Part shown: piece after piece, positions 17,601 to 29,390 of the stretch | Layout of the letters: the number at the start of each line of letters is the position of its first letter | How positions within the stretch are numbered: position 1 is the first letter of the stretch | NCBI RefSeq assembly: GCF_001457595.1 | Contig: NZ_LN831039.1 | Location: 1,800,001-1,832,000, forward strand | Source of the DNA: Mycolicibacterium smegmatis | Lineage (GTDB): Bacteria > Actinomycetota > Actinomycetes > Mycobacteriales > Mycobacteriaceae | Reading direction: 5' to 3' | DNA length: 32,000 bases | Notes under the pieces: model-generated | What the model was told of the DNA's origin: nothing | Database searches by the model: none | Seen by the model: the letters and a program-made list of their open reading frames with translations, nothing else | Translations under genes and position numbers: made by a program

Positions 17601-18763
17601 CGTTGTGCAAGCTCCAATGTTCTCCGGATGAGCTTGCCGACCAGCTCGGTCTCGACGAGGAATCCGTCGTGTCCGTAGATCGAGTCGACCACGTCCAGGC
17701 CCTGACAGCCGGGGAGCAGTTCGGCGAGCTCTTGCTGTAAACGGATCGGGTACAACCGGTCCGACGTGATCCCACCGACCACGACCGGTACCGGACAACT
17801 GCGCAGCGCGGCCTCGACGCCGCCCCGGCCGCGACCCACGTCATGGCTGGACAGCGCGTCGCTGAGCACCACGTAGGTTCCCGGGTCGAACCGGCGCGCG
17901 AGCTTGCCGCCCTGGTACTCCAGGTAGCTCTGCACGGCGTACCGGCCCCCGGTGAGGGGATCCTCGTCGTCCTGGGGGGTGTTGGCGAAGCGGTCGTCGA
18001 GTTCCTCTTCGCCGCGGTAGGTCAGATGCGCGAACCGGCGGGCGATCTCCATGCCCTCGGTGGGCGCGCGACCGGTGCCGTGGTAGTCGCCGCCCTGCCA
18101 GTCCGGATCGGCCTTGATCGCGGCCACCTGGGTGCTCTGCGTGCCGATCTGGTCGGCCGTGGCACGGGCGCCGACCGCCAGCACCAGGCCCGCGCGCACG
18201 TCGTCGGGGTGCGTGACGAGCCACTCCAGCGCGCGTGCGCCGCCCATCGAGCCGCCGACCACAGCTGCGACCTCGGTGATGCCCAGCGCCGCGAGCGCGG
18301 CGCGGTCGGCGGCCACCTGGTCGCGGATGGTGATCTGGGGAAACCGTGAGCCCCACGGCTTTCCGTCCGGCGCGAGCGATCCGGGACCAGTCGAGCCGCG
18401 GCAGCCGCCCAGCACGTTGGTCGCGATCGCGCACCAGTGGTCGGTGTCGATCGGGGCGCCGGGCCCCGCGACGCCGTCCCACCATCCCGCGGTCGGGTGT
18501 CCGTCGCCGGCCGGCCCGGTGACGTGGGAGTCGCCGGTGAGCGCGTGCAGAACCATCACCACGTTGCCGCGGTCGGGTGCGAGTTCGCCCCACCGCTGCA
18601 CCGCGATCGTGACGTCCGGCAGCACGGTGCCGTTCTCAAGCGTCAGCGCGCCGATGTGGACCAGGCCGATCTCACCTTCGGCGGGCAGGGGGACGGTGGC
18701 CATGCCGGTGTCCGTGGCTCGTTCTTCGATGATCGTCACAACATTTCTTCCCGCCCGGCTCAC
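17597..18763 (-). CDS. metX: Homoserine O-acetyltransferase
   Basis: [74 protein letters not shown]. Confidence 0.95.
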   Translation of the reverse strand: MSRAGRNVVTIIEERATDTGMATVPLPAEGEIGLVHIGALTLENGTVLPDVTIAVQRWGELAPDRGNVVMVLHALTGDSHVTGPAGDGHPTAGWWDGVAGPGAPIDTDHWCAIATNVLGGCRGSTGPGSLAPDGKPWGSRFPQITIRDQVAADRAALAALGITEVAAVVGGSMGGARALEWLVTHPDDVRAGLVLAVGARATADQIGTQSTQVAAIKADPDWQGGDYHGTGRAPTEGMEIARRFAHLTYRGEEELDDRFANTPQDDEDPLTGGRYAVQSYLEYQGGKLARRFDPGTYVVLSDALSSHDVGRGRGGVEAALRSCPVPVVVGGITSDRLYPIRLQQELAELLPGCQGLDVVDSIYGHDGFLVETELVGKLIRRTLELAQR

Positions 18764-20091
18764 ACCGTCTGGGCCGTCTGGGCCGCGCCGCTGAACGGGC
18801 GCGCGGCGGCGAACCCCTGCTCCAGGTCGGCGATGATGTCGTCGATGCCTTCGAGGCCGACCGCCAGGCGCACCAGGCCCGGCGTGACACCCGTCGACAG
18901 CTGCTCCTCGGGGCTCAGCTGCTGGTGCGTCGTCGACGCCGGGTGGATCACCAGCGACCGCACGTCGCCGATGTTGGCGACGTGACTGTGCAGCGTCAGC
19001 GCGTTCACGAAGGCCTTACCGGCCTCCAGGCCGCCCGACAGCTCGAACGCGAGCACCGCGCCGGTGCCCTTGGGGGCGAGTTTGCGGCCCAGCTCGTACC
19101 ACGGCGAGGACGGCAGGCCCGCGTAGTTCACCGACGACACGTCGGGGTGGTTCTCCAGGAACTCGGCGACCTTCTGCGCGTTGGCGACATGGCGCTCGAC
19201 GCGCAGCGACAGGGTCTCCAGACCCTGCGCGATCAGGAACGCGTTGAACGGGGCGGCCGCCGAGCCCAGGTCACGCAGCAGTTGCACGCGTGCCTTCAGG
19301 GCGTAGGCCGGCGCACCGAGCTCGGCGAACACCACACCGTGGTAGCTGGGATCCGGTTCGGTGAAGCCGGGGAACTTGCCGTTGGTCCAGTCGAACGTGC
19401 CGCCGTCGACGATGACGCCCGCGATCGCCGATCCGTGCCCGCCCAGGTACTTGGTGGCCGAGTGCACGACGATGTCGGCGCCGTGGGCGATCGGCTGGAT
19501 CAGGTACGGCGTGGCGATCGTGTTGTCGACGATCAACGGGACGCCCGCCTCGTGCGCGATCGCGGCGACGTTCGGGATGTCGAGGATGTCGATCTGGGGG
19601 TTGGAGATCGTCTCGGCGAAGAACGCCTTGGTGTTCGGGCGTACCGCCGCGCGCCACGACTCCAGATCGTCGGGGTTCTCGACGAACGTGGTCTCGATGC
19701 CCAGCTTGGGCAGCGTGTAGTGCAGTAGGTTGTAGGTGCCGCCGTACAGGCGCGGGCTGGACACGATGTGGTCGCCGGCCTTGGCGATGTTGAGGATCGC
19801 GAACGTCTCGGCGGCCTGCCCTGAGGACAGGAACAGCGCCGCGACGCCACCCTCGAGTGCGGCGATGCGCTGCTCGACGACGTCGGTGGTGGGGTTGCCG
19901 ATGCGGGTGTAGATGTTGCCGGGAACCTCAAGGCCGAACAGGGCCGCGGCATGGCTGGTGTCGTCGAAGGTGTACGACGTGGTCTGGTAGATCGGCAGCG
20001 CACGGGCGTGGGTCGCGCTGTCGGGCGACTGACCCGCGTGGATCTGCTTGGTCTCGAACGACCAGTTCTCGGTGGGATCGGGGGTGGTCAT
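18760..20091 (-). CDS. metY: O-acetylhomoserine aminocarboxypropyltransferase / sulfhydrylase (annotated metC in M. tuberculosis)
   Basis: [108 protein letters not shown]. Confidence 0.95.
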   Translation of the reverse strand: MTTPDPTENWSFETKQIHAGQSPDSATHARALPIYQTTSYTFDDTSHAAALFGLEVPGNIYTRIGNPTTDVVEQRIAALEGGVAALFLSSGQAAETFAILNIAKAGDHIVSSPRLYGGTYNLLHYTLPKLGIETTFVENPDDLESWRAAVRPNTKAFFAETISNPQIDILDIPNVAAIAHEAGVPLIVDNTIATPYLIQPIAHGADIVVHSATKYLGGHGSAIAGVIVDGGTFDWTNGKFPGFTEPDPSYHGVVFAELGAPAYALKARVQLLRDLGSAAAPFNAFLIAQGLETLSLRVERHVANAQKVAEFLENHPDVSSVNYAGLPSSPWYELGRKLAPKGTGAVLAFELSGGLEAGKAFVNALTLHSHVANIGDVRSLVIHPASTTHQQLSPEEQLSTGVTPGLVRLAVGLEGIDDIIADLEQGFAAARPFSGAAQTAQTV

Positions 20092-20153
20092 AGAGGGTCT
20101 CCTCCGCGAGCTCGGGGGCGAATGAGGGGTGAAAGCGGCTGGACGGCCGGCGC

Positions 20154-20246
20154 CTAGGGCGAGCCGGACCCGGGTGCGCACATACAGATGAACACCGCGG
20201 GTGGGTGTGAACGATTCACGAACAACGACACATGGTTGGCCTCCAT
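20154..20246 (-). CDS. Candidate 30-aa upstream ORF between SAM-IV riboswitch and metY (MEANHVSLFVNRSHPPAVFICMCAPGSGSP)
   Basis: ATG at 20246 preceded by AGGGAAACCTG; TAG at 20156-20154; below the supplied ORF-length cutoff. No homology evidence. Confidence 0.25.
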   Translation of the reverse strand: MEANHVSLFVNRSHPPAVFICMCAPGSGSP

Positions 20247-20281
20247 CAGGTTTCCCTGTCTCTCTGGGGCCCGAACCTGCG

Positions 20282-20411
20282 GACCCGCGCTTGCCTTGCG
20301 GCCGACGGAGGAATCCGTCAACCACTCAACCTGGTCATCACCCGGGGCACCCCACCGCGGTTGGAGGGTTGCCGGCCAGCAAGCCGGGGCTTGTCGCTGG
20401 CGCTCATGACC
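20282..20411 (-). ncRNA. SAM-IV riboswitch controlling metY-metX-methyltransferase
   Basis: Minus strand GGTCATGAGCGCCAGCGACAAGCCCCGGCTTGCTGGCCGGCAACCCTCCAACCGCGGTGGGGTGCCCCGGGTGATGACCAGGTTGAGTGGTTGACGGATTCCTCCGTCGGCCGCAAGGCAAGCGCGGGTC; P1 GGTCAT/ATGACC, hairpin GACGGA-TTCC-TCCGTC; closely resembles the known mycobacterial SAM-IV RNA as recalled. Confidence 0.93.
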
Positions 20412-20560
20412 GACAAAGAGACTATCCCACCGCTCACAGTCGGTGCCACCGGGTTCACCCCGCGGCCCAGCCCGCGTTGGAGCCCCGACCGGCTCAGCGG
20501 CCCGCGCGATAAGGTCTTTACCGACGAGAAAAGACCGACAGTGACGTTCGGAGAGGAACC

Positions 20561-22792
<2,232 letters not shown>

Positions 22793-22800
22793 CCCGATCC

Positions 22801-22856
22801 CGAGATTGCACTGAGGGACAGGATCCGCGTGGATCCTGTCCCTCTTTGCAATCTCG
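22801..22856. terminator. Very long hairpin (10 bp + 14 bp stems, 2x2 internal loop, GCGT tetraloop); probable bidirectional terminator between convergent genes
   Basis: CGAGATTGCA-CT-GAGGGACAGGATCC-GCGT-GGATCCTGTCCCTC-TT-TGCAATCTCG located 8 nt after the icd2 stop. Confidence 0.85.
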
Positions 22857-22868
22857 GCGTCCTAGGCG

Positions 22869-23708
22869 TCAGCCGGCCGCGCGGCCCCGCTCGGTATGGC
22901 GGTCGACGAACTCGGTGATCAGTTCGGTGACGCGGCCGGGCGCCTCGAACATCGGCACGTGGCCCACCCCGTCGAGATGGGTGACCTCGGCGTTGGCAGG
23001 CAGGTGCCGGGTGAAGTGCCGGGTGAACCGGGGGTGGGGGAGCACGCGGTCCTTCTCGCAGATCACCAGGTGTGTCGGCGTGCACGAGTTGGGCAGCTCC
23101 ATCAGGCCCGCGGTGGTCAGCGACTTGAGCAGGAGCTTGTGGTAGGCCGGGCAGTGCGCGAGGTCGTCGATGAGGTCGCGGCGGTCATCGTCGGTGAGCG
23201 AGTCGGCCGTCGCGGCGACCGCCACGTAGGAGATGTGGCGGGTGAACGGCAGCCGGTGCACGCGCTGGCCCAGCAGTTTCGTGGCCAGCACGATCGGCAG
23301 ACCGCCGACGAACTTCGCGACGATCTCGTACTTGGCCGGTGTGAAGCGCGTCCACCCGCCCGCGGGCGCGATGCCGGTCAGCGTCCGCGCGCGGCCGCGA
23401 CGCTCCAGTTCGAACGCCACCCAGCCGCCCAGCGAGTTGCCGACGATGTGGGCGGTGGTCCAGCCGACCTCGTCCATACGGCGCTCGATGTCGTCGGCCA
23501 GATGCGCGACGTCCAGCAGGAACGGCCCGCGGGGCCCGCCGTTGTGGTCGGCCATCGTGGGGGCGAACACCTCGTAGCGGCCGGTGTCGGCGAGTTGCGG
23601 AGCGACGTACTTCCACACGCTCTGCGACAGCAGGAACGGGTGCAGCAGCAGGATCGGCTCGGTGTTGCCGTCGCGGGAGCCCAGGTGGATGGGTGCACGT
23701 TCAACCAT
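22869..23708 (-). CDS. Alpha/beta hydrolase
   Basis: EPILLLHPFLLSQSVWKYVAPQL, AHIVGNSLGGWVAFELERRG, THLDGVGHVPMFEAPGRV; start MVERAPIHLG at 23708. Confidence 0.9.
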   Translation of the reverse strand: MVERAPIHLGSRDGNTEPILLLHPFLLSQSVWKYVAPQLADTGRYEVFAPTMADHNGGPRGPFLLDVAHLADDIERRMDEVGWTTAHIVGNSLGGWVAFELERRGRARTLTGIAPAGGWTRFTPAKYEIVAKFVGGLPIVLATKLLGQRVHRLPFTRHISYVAVAATADSLTDDDRRDLIDDLAHCPAYHKLLLKSLTTAGLMELPNSCTPTHLVICEKDRVLPHPRFTRHFTRHLPANAEVTHLDGVGHVPMFEAPGRVTELITEFVDRHTERGRAAG

Positions 23709-23792
23709 GAGGCCCGAGGTTAAGGTGATACCGCCGGTACCGCAAGGTCGGCCCTGCCGGCGGTGTCGGGCCGTATCGGTAGGGTCTCGGCC

Positions 23793-24614
23793 GTGGCTTC
23801 CCCGCAGACTCTGACCGTCACCACCATCAACGTCAACGGCGCCCGCGCGGCCTGCAAGGAGCGCTCCACCGAGAACCTGGGCATGCTGGCCTGGCTCAAG
23901 CAGACGCGCGCGGACGTGATCTGCATGCAGGAGACCCGCTGCGAGGACGATCAACTGGCGGCCACATTCGAGACCGCGTTCGCCGACGGGTGGCACCTGG
24001 CATCGGCCCCGTCTGAGCGCAAGGGTCGCAACGGTGTCGCGGTGCTGTCGCGCACGCCGTTCGACGACATCCGGATCGGCTGCGGCGCCGAGGAATTCGA
24101 CACCCACGGGCGCTGGATCGAGGTCGACACCGCGGGCATCACCGTGGTCAGCGTGTACGTCCCCACCGGCGAGGCCGAGACCGAGCGGCAACTGGAGAAA
24201 GAGCGGTTCATGGCCGGGGTCTCCAAGCGCATGGCGCAATTGCAGGCCGGTGACCGTGAGGCGCTGGTGTGCGGTGACTGGAACATCGGTCACACCGAGA
24301 ACGACATCAAGAACTGGAAGGGCAACGTCAAGAAGTCCGGTTTCCTGCCCGAGGAGCGGGCGTGGGTCAGCGGCCTGCTGGCCTCCGGGTGGGTCGACGC
24401 CGTGCGCCAGTTGCACGGGGACGTGCCCGGCCCCTACTCGTGGTGGTCGTGGCGCGGCAAGGCGTTCGACAACGACGCCGGATGGCGCATCGACTACCAC
24501 CTGGTCACGCCGGGCCTCGCGGACCGGCTCGTGGCGGGCGGCACCGAACGCCCCGAGGCGTACGCCCTGCGCTGGTCCGACCACGCCCCGGTCACGGTGG
24601 AGTTCAGCGCATGA
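23793..24614 (+). CDS. xthA: Exodeoxyribonuclease III / AP endonuclease family
   Basis: TLTVTTINVNGARAACKE, DVICMQETRCEDDQL, VCGDWNIGHTENDIKNWKGN, RIDYHLVTPGL, WSDHAPVTVEF; start GTG 23793 likely (upstream 23763 possible). Confidence 0.88.
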   Translation: MASPQTLTVTTINVNGARAACKERSTENLGMLAWLKQTRADVICMQETRCEDDQLAATFETAFADGWHLASAPSERKGRNGVAVLSRTPFDDIRIGCGAEEFDTHGRWIEVDTAGITVVSVYVPTGEAETERQLEKERFMAGVSKRMAQLQAGDREALVCGDWNIGHTENDIKNWKGNVKKSGFLPEERAWVSGLLASGWVDAVRQLHGDVPGPYSWWSWRGKAFDNDAGWRIDYHLVTPGLADRLVAGGTERPEAYALRWSDHAPVTVEFSA

Positions 24615-25646
<1,032 letters not shown>

Positions 25647-25660
25647 CGCCAGGAGGTGGC

Positions 25661-26698
25661 ATGACCGAACCCGCCGACGAGTCGGCCAAACCCGGCCTGC
25701 TGGACCGGCTGAAGGCCAGGTGGCCGTGGTTCGACCATGTCATGCGCGCCCAGGAGCGCTACAACGACAGCAAAGGCGACTTCTACGCCGCGGGGATCAC
25801 CTATTTCACGATCTTCGCGTTGTTCCCTCTGCTCATGGTGGGCTTCGCGGTCGGCGGGTTCGTCCTGGCGAGCCAGCCGGAACTGATGGACCAGCTCGAG
25901 GACAGGATCCGCCAGGCCGTCAGCGGTGACCTCGGCGCGCAACTCGTCCAGTTGATGGATTCGGCGATCGATTCGCGCACGTCGGTCGGCGTGATCGGTC
26001 TGGCCACCGCGGCGTGGGCCGGGCTGGGCTGGATGGCCAACCTGCGCGAGGCCCTGTCGCAGATGTGGGGGCTGTTCCGCGAGGAGAAGCCCGGATTCGT
26101 GCGGACCAAGCTCTCGGACCTGTTGGCGCTGCTGTCGGCGTTCGTCGCGATCATCCTGACGATCGGTCTGACCGCGCTGGGCAGTTCGACGGCGATCGAG
26201 AACGTGCTCACCCGCATCGGCATGCCGGATTCCGTCGGACTGTCGATATTGCTGTGGGTGCTGTCGGTGCTGATGTCGCTGTTCGTGTCATGGCTGCTGT
26301 TCACGTGGATGATCGCGCGGCTGCCCCGGGAGTCGGTCACCTTCCGCAGCAGTCTGCGGGCCGGCCTGCTCGCAGCCGTCGGATTCGAGATCTTCAAACA
26401 ACTCGCGTCGATCTACCTGAAGTCGGTGATCACCGGACCGGCCGGTGCCACATTCGGTCCGGTGCTGGGCCTCATGGTGTTCGCCTACATCACCGCGCGG
26501 CTCGTGCTGTTCGCCACGGCATGGGCCGCCACGGCCGAGGAGAACCTGGAGGCCGCTCGCGTGCTGCCGCCCGAGCCCGTGCAGATCACCACACGTGTGC
26601 AGGTCCGTGAAGGCGCCGGGGTGCCCGCGATGCTGACGGCCGCGGCTGCCGGGGCGGTGGGCGGATTCGGGTTGTCGCGGTTGCGGTTCCGGCAGTGA
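25661..26698 (+). CDS. YihY/BrkB-family inner membrane protein (Rv3335c-like)
   Basis: FYAAGITYFTIFALFPLLMVGFAVGGFVL, six TM-type segments, ATFGPVLGLMVFAYITARLVLFATAWAAT. Confidence 0.88.
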   Translation: MTEPADESAKPGLLDRLKARWPWFDHVMRAQERYNDSKGDFYAAGITYFTIFALFPLLMVGFAVGGFVLASQPELMDQLEDRIRQAVSGDLGAQLVQLMDSAIDSRTSVGVIGLATAAWAGLGWMANLREALSQMWGLFREEKPGFVRTKLSDLLALLSAFVAIILTIGLTALGSSTAIENVLTRIGMPDSVGLSILLWVLSVLMSLFVSWLLFTWMIARLPRESVTFRSSLRAGLLAAVGFEIFKQLASIYLKSVITGPAGATFGPVLGLMVFAYITARLVLFATAWAATAEENLEAARVLPPEPVQITTRVQVREGAGVPAMLTAAAAGAVGGFGLSRLRFRQ

Positions 26699-26719
26699 GC
26701 CGGTTTTCAGCCGAGCCGG

Positions 26720-27037
26720 TCAGTGGGAGACGAGCTTGAGCCCGATGACGCAGCCGACCACGCCGAGGATCAGCAGGATCTTGATCAGTGACGTCGACTC
26801 GGCGCCCGTGAGCATCGCGTAGCCGACCGTGAGCGACGCGCCGATGCCCACCCACACCGAATAGCTGGTGCCCGGCGGCAGCGTGCGCATCGCGACGGCG
26901 AGCCCGACCAACGACACCGGCGCCGAGATCAGGAAGATCACCGACGGCCACAGCCGCGTGAACGCCTCGCTCTTGCTCAGCGCGGAGGCCCAGACGGCTT
27001 CCATCACACCCGAGACAACAAGAATCAACCAAGCCAT
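26720..27037 (-). CDS. sugE: Small multidrug resistance (SMR) family transporter, SugE/Gdx type, probable guanidinium exporter
   Basis: MAWLILVVSGVMEAVWASALSKSEAFTRLWPSVIFLISAPVSLVGLAVAMRTLPPGTSYSVWVGIGASLTVGYAMLTGAES; four TM segments; downstream of a guanidine-III riboswitch. Confidence 0.9.
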   Translation of the reverse strand: MAWLILVVSGVMEAVWASALSKSEAFTRLWPSVIFLISAPVSLVGLAVAMRTLPPGTSYSVWVGIGASLTVGYAMLTGAESTSLIKILLILGVVGCVIGLKLVSH

Positions 27038-27052
27038 TGAGATCTCTCTTTG

Positions 27053-27096
27053 AGGCCCGTCTTGTCGCTGGCCGGGTACGGGCGCCCCTCGTCCGG
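27053..27096 (-). ncRNA. Guanidine-III (ykkC-III) riboswitch upstream of the SMR exporter
   Basis: Minus strand CCGGACGAGGGGCGCCCGTACCCGGCCAGCGACAAGACGGGCCT; matches the recalled ykkC-III consensus core CCGGACGAGG-GCGCC-GUACCCGG-CAG-GACAAGACGG. Confidence 0.88.
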
Positions 27097-27146
27097 TGCC
27101 ATGTGCTGGCGTCGCAAAGTTTAACAACGCCGTAAGCTCGCTGGTT

Positions 27147-28016
27147 GTGAGCCTGGCAACGACGTGGTCGAAGGCGATGGGTATCGACGTCCCGATCGTC
27201 AACGCCCCCATGGGTGGTGCGGCGGGCGCCCGGTTGGCCGCCGCGGTGTCGGAAGCGGGCGGTCTCGGGATGGTCGGCATGGGCAGTTCGGCGACGCCTG
27301 AGCAGTTGCGCCGCGAACTCGCGGATCTCGCAAAACCGTCCCGGCCGTTCGGTATCGGGCTGGTGCACTGGGTGATGACCGAGCGGCCCGACCTCTTCGA
27401 CATCGCACTGGAGGCCAGGCCCGCGCTCTTGAGCGTGAGCTTCGGCGACGACTGGGCGTGGGTGCGTCGCGCACACGACGTGGGGGTGACCGTCGCGACC
27501 CAGGTCGCCACGGTCGGTGACGCGTTGCGGGCCGCCGAGGCCGGGGTCGACGTGCTCGTGGCCCGCGGCGCGGAGGCAGGCGGGCACGGCCGCCCGGCGC
27601 TGGGCACCCTGCCGCTCTTGACCCAGGTGCTCGACGCGGTGGAACTGCCCGTCCTGGCGGCGGGTGGAGTCGCCTCACCGCGGGGGCTGGCCGCGGTGCT
27701 GGCCGCGGGGGCGGCCGCTGCGTGGCTGGGCACGGTGTTCACCACGTGCGTCGAGGCGTCGACACCGGCGGCGGCCCGTGACCGACTGCTCGCGGCCAAC
27801 GGTGAGAACACCATGCTCACCAGCGAATTCGACATCCGGGCCGGATACCGTTGGCCCGCGGACGTCCCCGAGCGGGTCCTCACCGACGAAAACGGCGCCG
27901 CCACACCGGTGAACGCCGGGCAGGGGGTCGGCATGGTGAACCAGTCGCTGACCGTCGCCGAGACCATGTCGCGGTTGTGCTGGGGTGCCGAGGCGCTGCT
28001 GCGGCGCTGGTCTTGA
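27147..28016 (+). CDS. Nitronate monooxygenase / 2-nitropropane dioxygenase-like FMN enzyme
   Basis: VPIVNAPMGGAAGARLAAAVSEAGGLGMVG, VLVARGAEAGGHGRP, VLAAGGVASPRGLAAVLAAGAAAAWLGT; GTG start at 27147. Confidence 0.88.
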   Translation: MSLATTWSKAMGIDVPIVNAPMGGAAGARLAAAVSEAGGLGMVGMGSSATPEQLRRELADLAKPSRPFGIGLVHWVMTERPDLFDIALEARPALLSVSFGDDWAWVRRAHDVGVTVATQVATVGDALRAAEAGVDVLVARGAEAGGHGRPALGTLPLLTQVLDAVELPVLAAGGVASPRGLAAVLAAGAAAAWLGTVFTTCVEASTPAAARDRLLAANGENTMLTSEFDIRAGYRWPADVPERVLTDENGAATPVNAGQGVGMVNQSLTVAETMSRLCWGAEALLRRWS

Positions 28017-28018
28017 CC

Positions 28019-29230
28019 TCAGTGCTGCGGGCGCTGATTGAGTTGGCGCGCACCGAGAATCAGCATGAACACGATGATCGCGCCCACCACGGCCACGCCC
28101 ACCCGCACGGGCATGGCATCGGCGGGCGGTAGCACCGACGCGGCCTGCGCGGGTGAGGGCTCCTCGGCCTGCTTGGGCGCCAGCGACGGATCCGGGTCGA
28201 CGAGCGTGCCGACCTTGGTGCCGGGCGGCGTGGCGAAGCCGTAGTCGAGCAGGCGCGCGGCCTGCTCCCACGGCGCAATCGGCACGCGGGTTCCCTTGAG
28301 CAACACCGCGATGAGCCTGCGGCCGTCGCGTTCGGCGGCGCCGACGAACGTCTGCCCGGCGTCGTCGGTGTAACCGGTCTTGCCGCCCAGCGCACCCGGA
28401 TAGTTCGCCAGCAGCTTGTTGTCGTTCTCGATCGGGTACGAACCGCCGTCGCGCCCGGGGAACTGGTAGCTCTGGGTGTGGACGATGTCGGCGAACACCG
28501 GGTTCTGCCAGGCGTACCGGTAGAACAGCGCGATGTCGTAGGCCGACGTGCTCATGCCGGGCCCGTCGAGGCCCGACGGTGTGGCGGCCCTGGTGTCGCG
28601 GCCGCCGAGTTTGGCGGCCAGCGTGTTGAGCTTCTGCAGCGCGGGGTCCCACCCGCCGAGTTGCATGGCGAGTGCGTGCGCGGCGTCGTTGCCCGAGTAC
28701 ATGAGCAGGCCGTGCAGCAGATCGTTGATCGTGTACTGGCCGCCGGGGCCCACGCCGACACGGGTGCCCTCGGCGTTGGCGTCATCCTGCGTGCCCGCGA
28801 CGCGCTTGTTGAGGTTGAGTTCGTTCAGCGCCGCGGTGGCCGTGAGGACCTTGATGATGCTCGCGGGGCGGTGGCGTCCGTGCGGGTCGCGCGCGGCGAT
28901 GACGTCGCCGGTGTCCATGTCGGCGACGATCCACGCCTCGGCGGAGACGTCCTCGGGAACCGGCGGGGTGTTCGGTGCGGTGATCACGCCACACCCGGAC
29001 AGCGCCTCGCCGCCGATCGCCTTGGGCGGCACCGGTAGTGGGCCGGGGGCGGCCTCACCGGGCTTGGGTACCTCGGATGCGTCGACCGCGGGTGGCGTCG
29101 TCTCGCGGTATGGGCAGTCCACGCCGGGCTCGGCGCCGGCCACACCGGCGGTCATCAGGGGTGCGGTCAGCAACGCCAGTGCCCCGACCGCGGTCACCGC
29201 GCGTCGCGTCATCGTCCGGAAGGTCACCAT
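28019..29230 (-). CDS. dacB1: D-alanyl-D-alanine carboxypeptidase (penicillin-binding), Rv3330 DacB1-like
   Basis: Signal peptide; [17 protein letters not shown] (SxxK), [11 protein letters not shown] (SxN), [17 protein letters not shown] (KTG); C-terminal TM anchor. Confidence 0.93.
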   Translation of the reverse strand: MVTFRTMTRRAVTAVGALALLTAPLMTAGVAGAEPGVDCPYRETTPPAVDASEVPKPGEAAPGPLPVPPKAIGGEALSGCGVITAPNTPPVPEDVSAEAWIVADMDTGDVIAARDPHGRHRPASIIKVLTATAALNELNLNKRVAGTQDDANAEGTRVGVGPGGQYTINDLLHGLLMYSGNDAAHALAMQLGGWDPALQKLNTLAAKLGGRDTRAATPSGLDGPGMSTSAYDIALFYRYAWQNPVFADIVHTQSYQFPGRDGGSYPIENDNKLLANYPGALGGKTGYTDDAGQTFVGAAERDGRRLIAVLLKGTRVPIAPWEQAARLLDYGFATPPGTKVGTLVDPDPSLAPKQAEEPSPAQAASVLPPADAMPVRVGVAVVGAIIVFMLILGARQLNQRPQH

Positions 29231-29278
29231 CGTGACGGAAGGTTAAGCGAAATCCGCCCCGAAACCGCTGCGCCACGC

Positions 29279-29311
29279 TGTGACAGTTGTGACTCGTGTG
29301 AATCTTGTGAT
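29279..29311 (-). promoter_or_regulatory. Four directly repeated CACA-type hexamers at 9-nt spacing, MtrA-box-like, upstream of dacB1
   Basis: Minus strand ATCACAAGA TTCACACGA GTCACAACT GTCACAGCG; hexamers ATCACA, TTCACA, GTCACA, GTCACA. Confidence 0.55.
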
Positions 29312-29321
29312 TCCCCCGAAA

Positions 29322-29384
29322 CGCCGAAACGGCATTCCGTCAGGGCGTTACTCGAACTTCTCCTGACGGCATGCCGTTTCGGCG
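29322..29384. terminator. 23-bp inverted repeat with one mismatch and 17-nt loop; likely terminator downstream of the aminotransferase gene
   Basis: CGCCGAAACGGCATTCCGTCAGG - N17 - CCTGACGGCATGCCGTTTCGGCG, between aminotransferase stop (29391) and dacB1. Confidence 0.75.
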
Positions 29385-29390
29385 GATGAT

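Noticed and set aside
26586-27587. 333-aa minus-strand ORF and the long 5' extension of the SMR ORF (to 27967)
   Set aside because: Antisense to the nitronate monooxygenase and crossing the guanidine-III riboswitch; the SMR protein starts at MAWLILVV.
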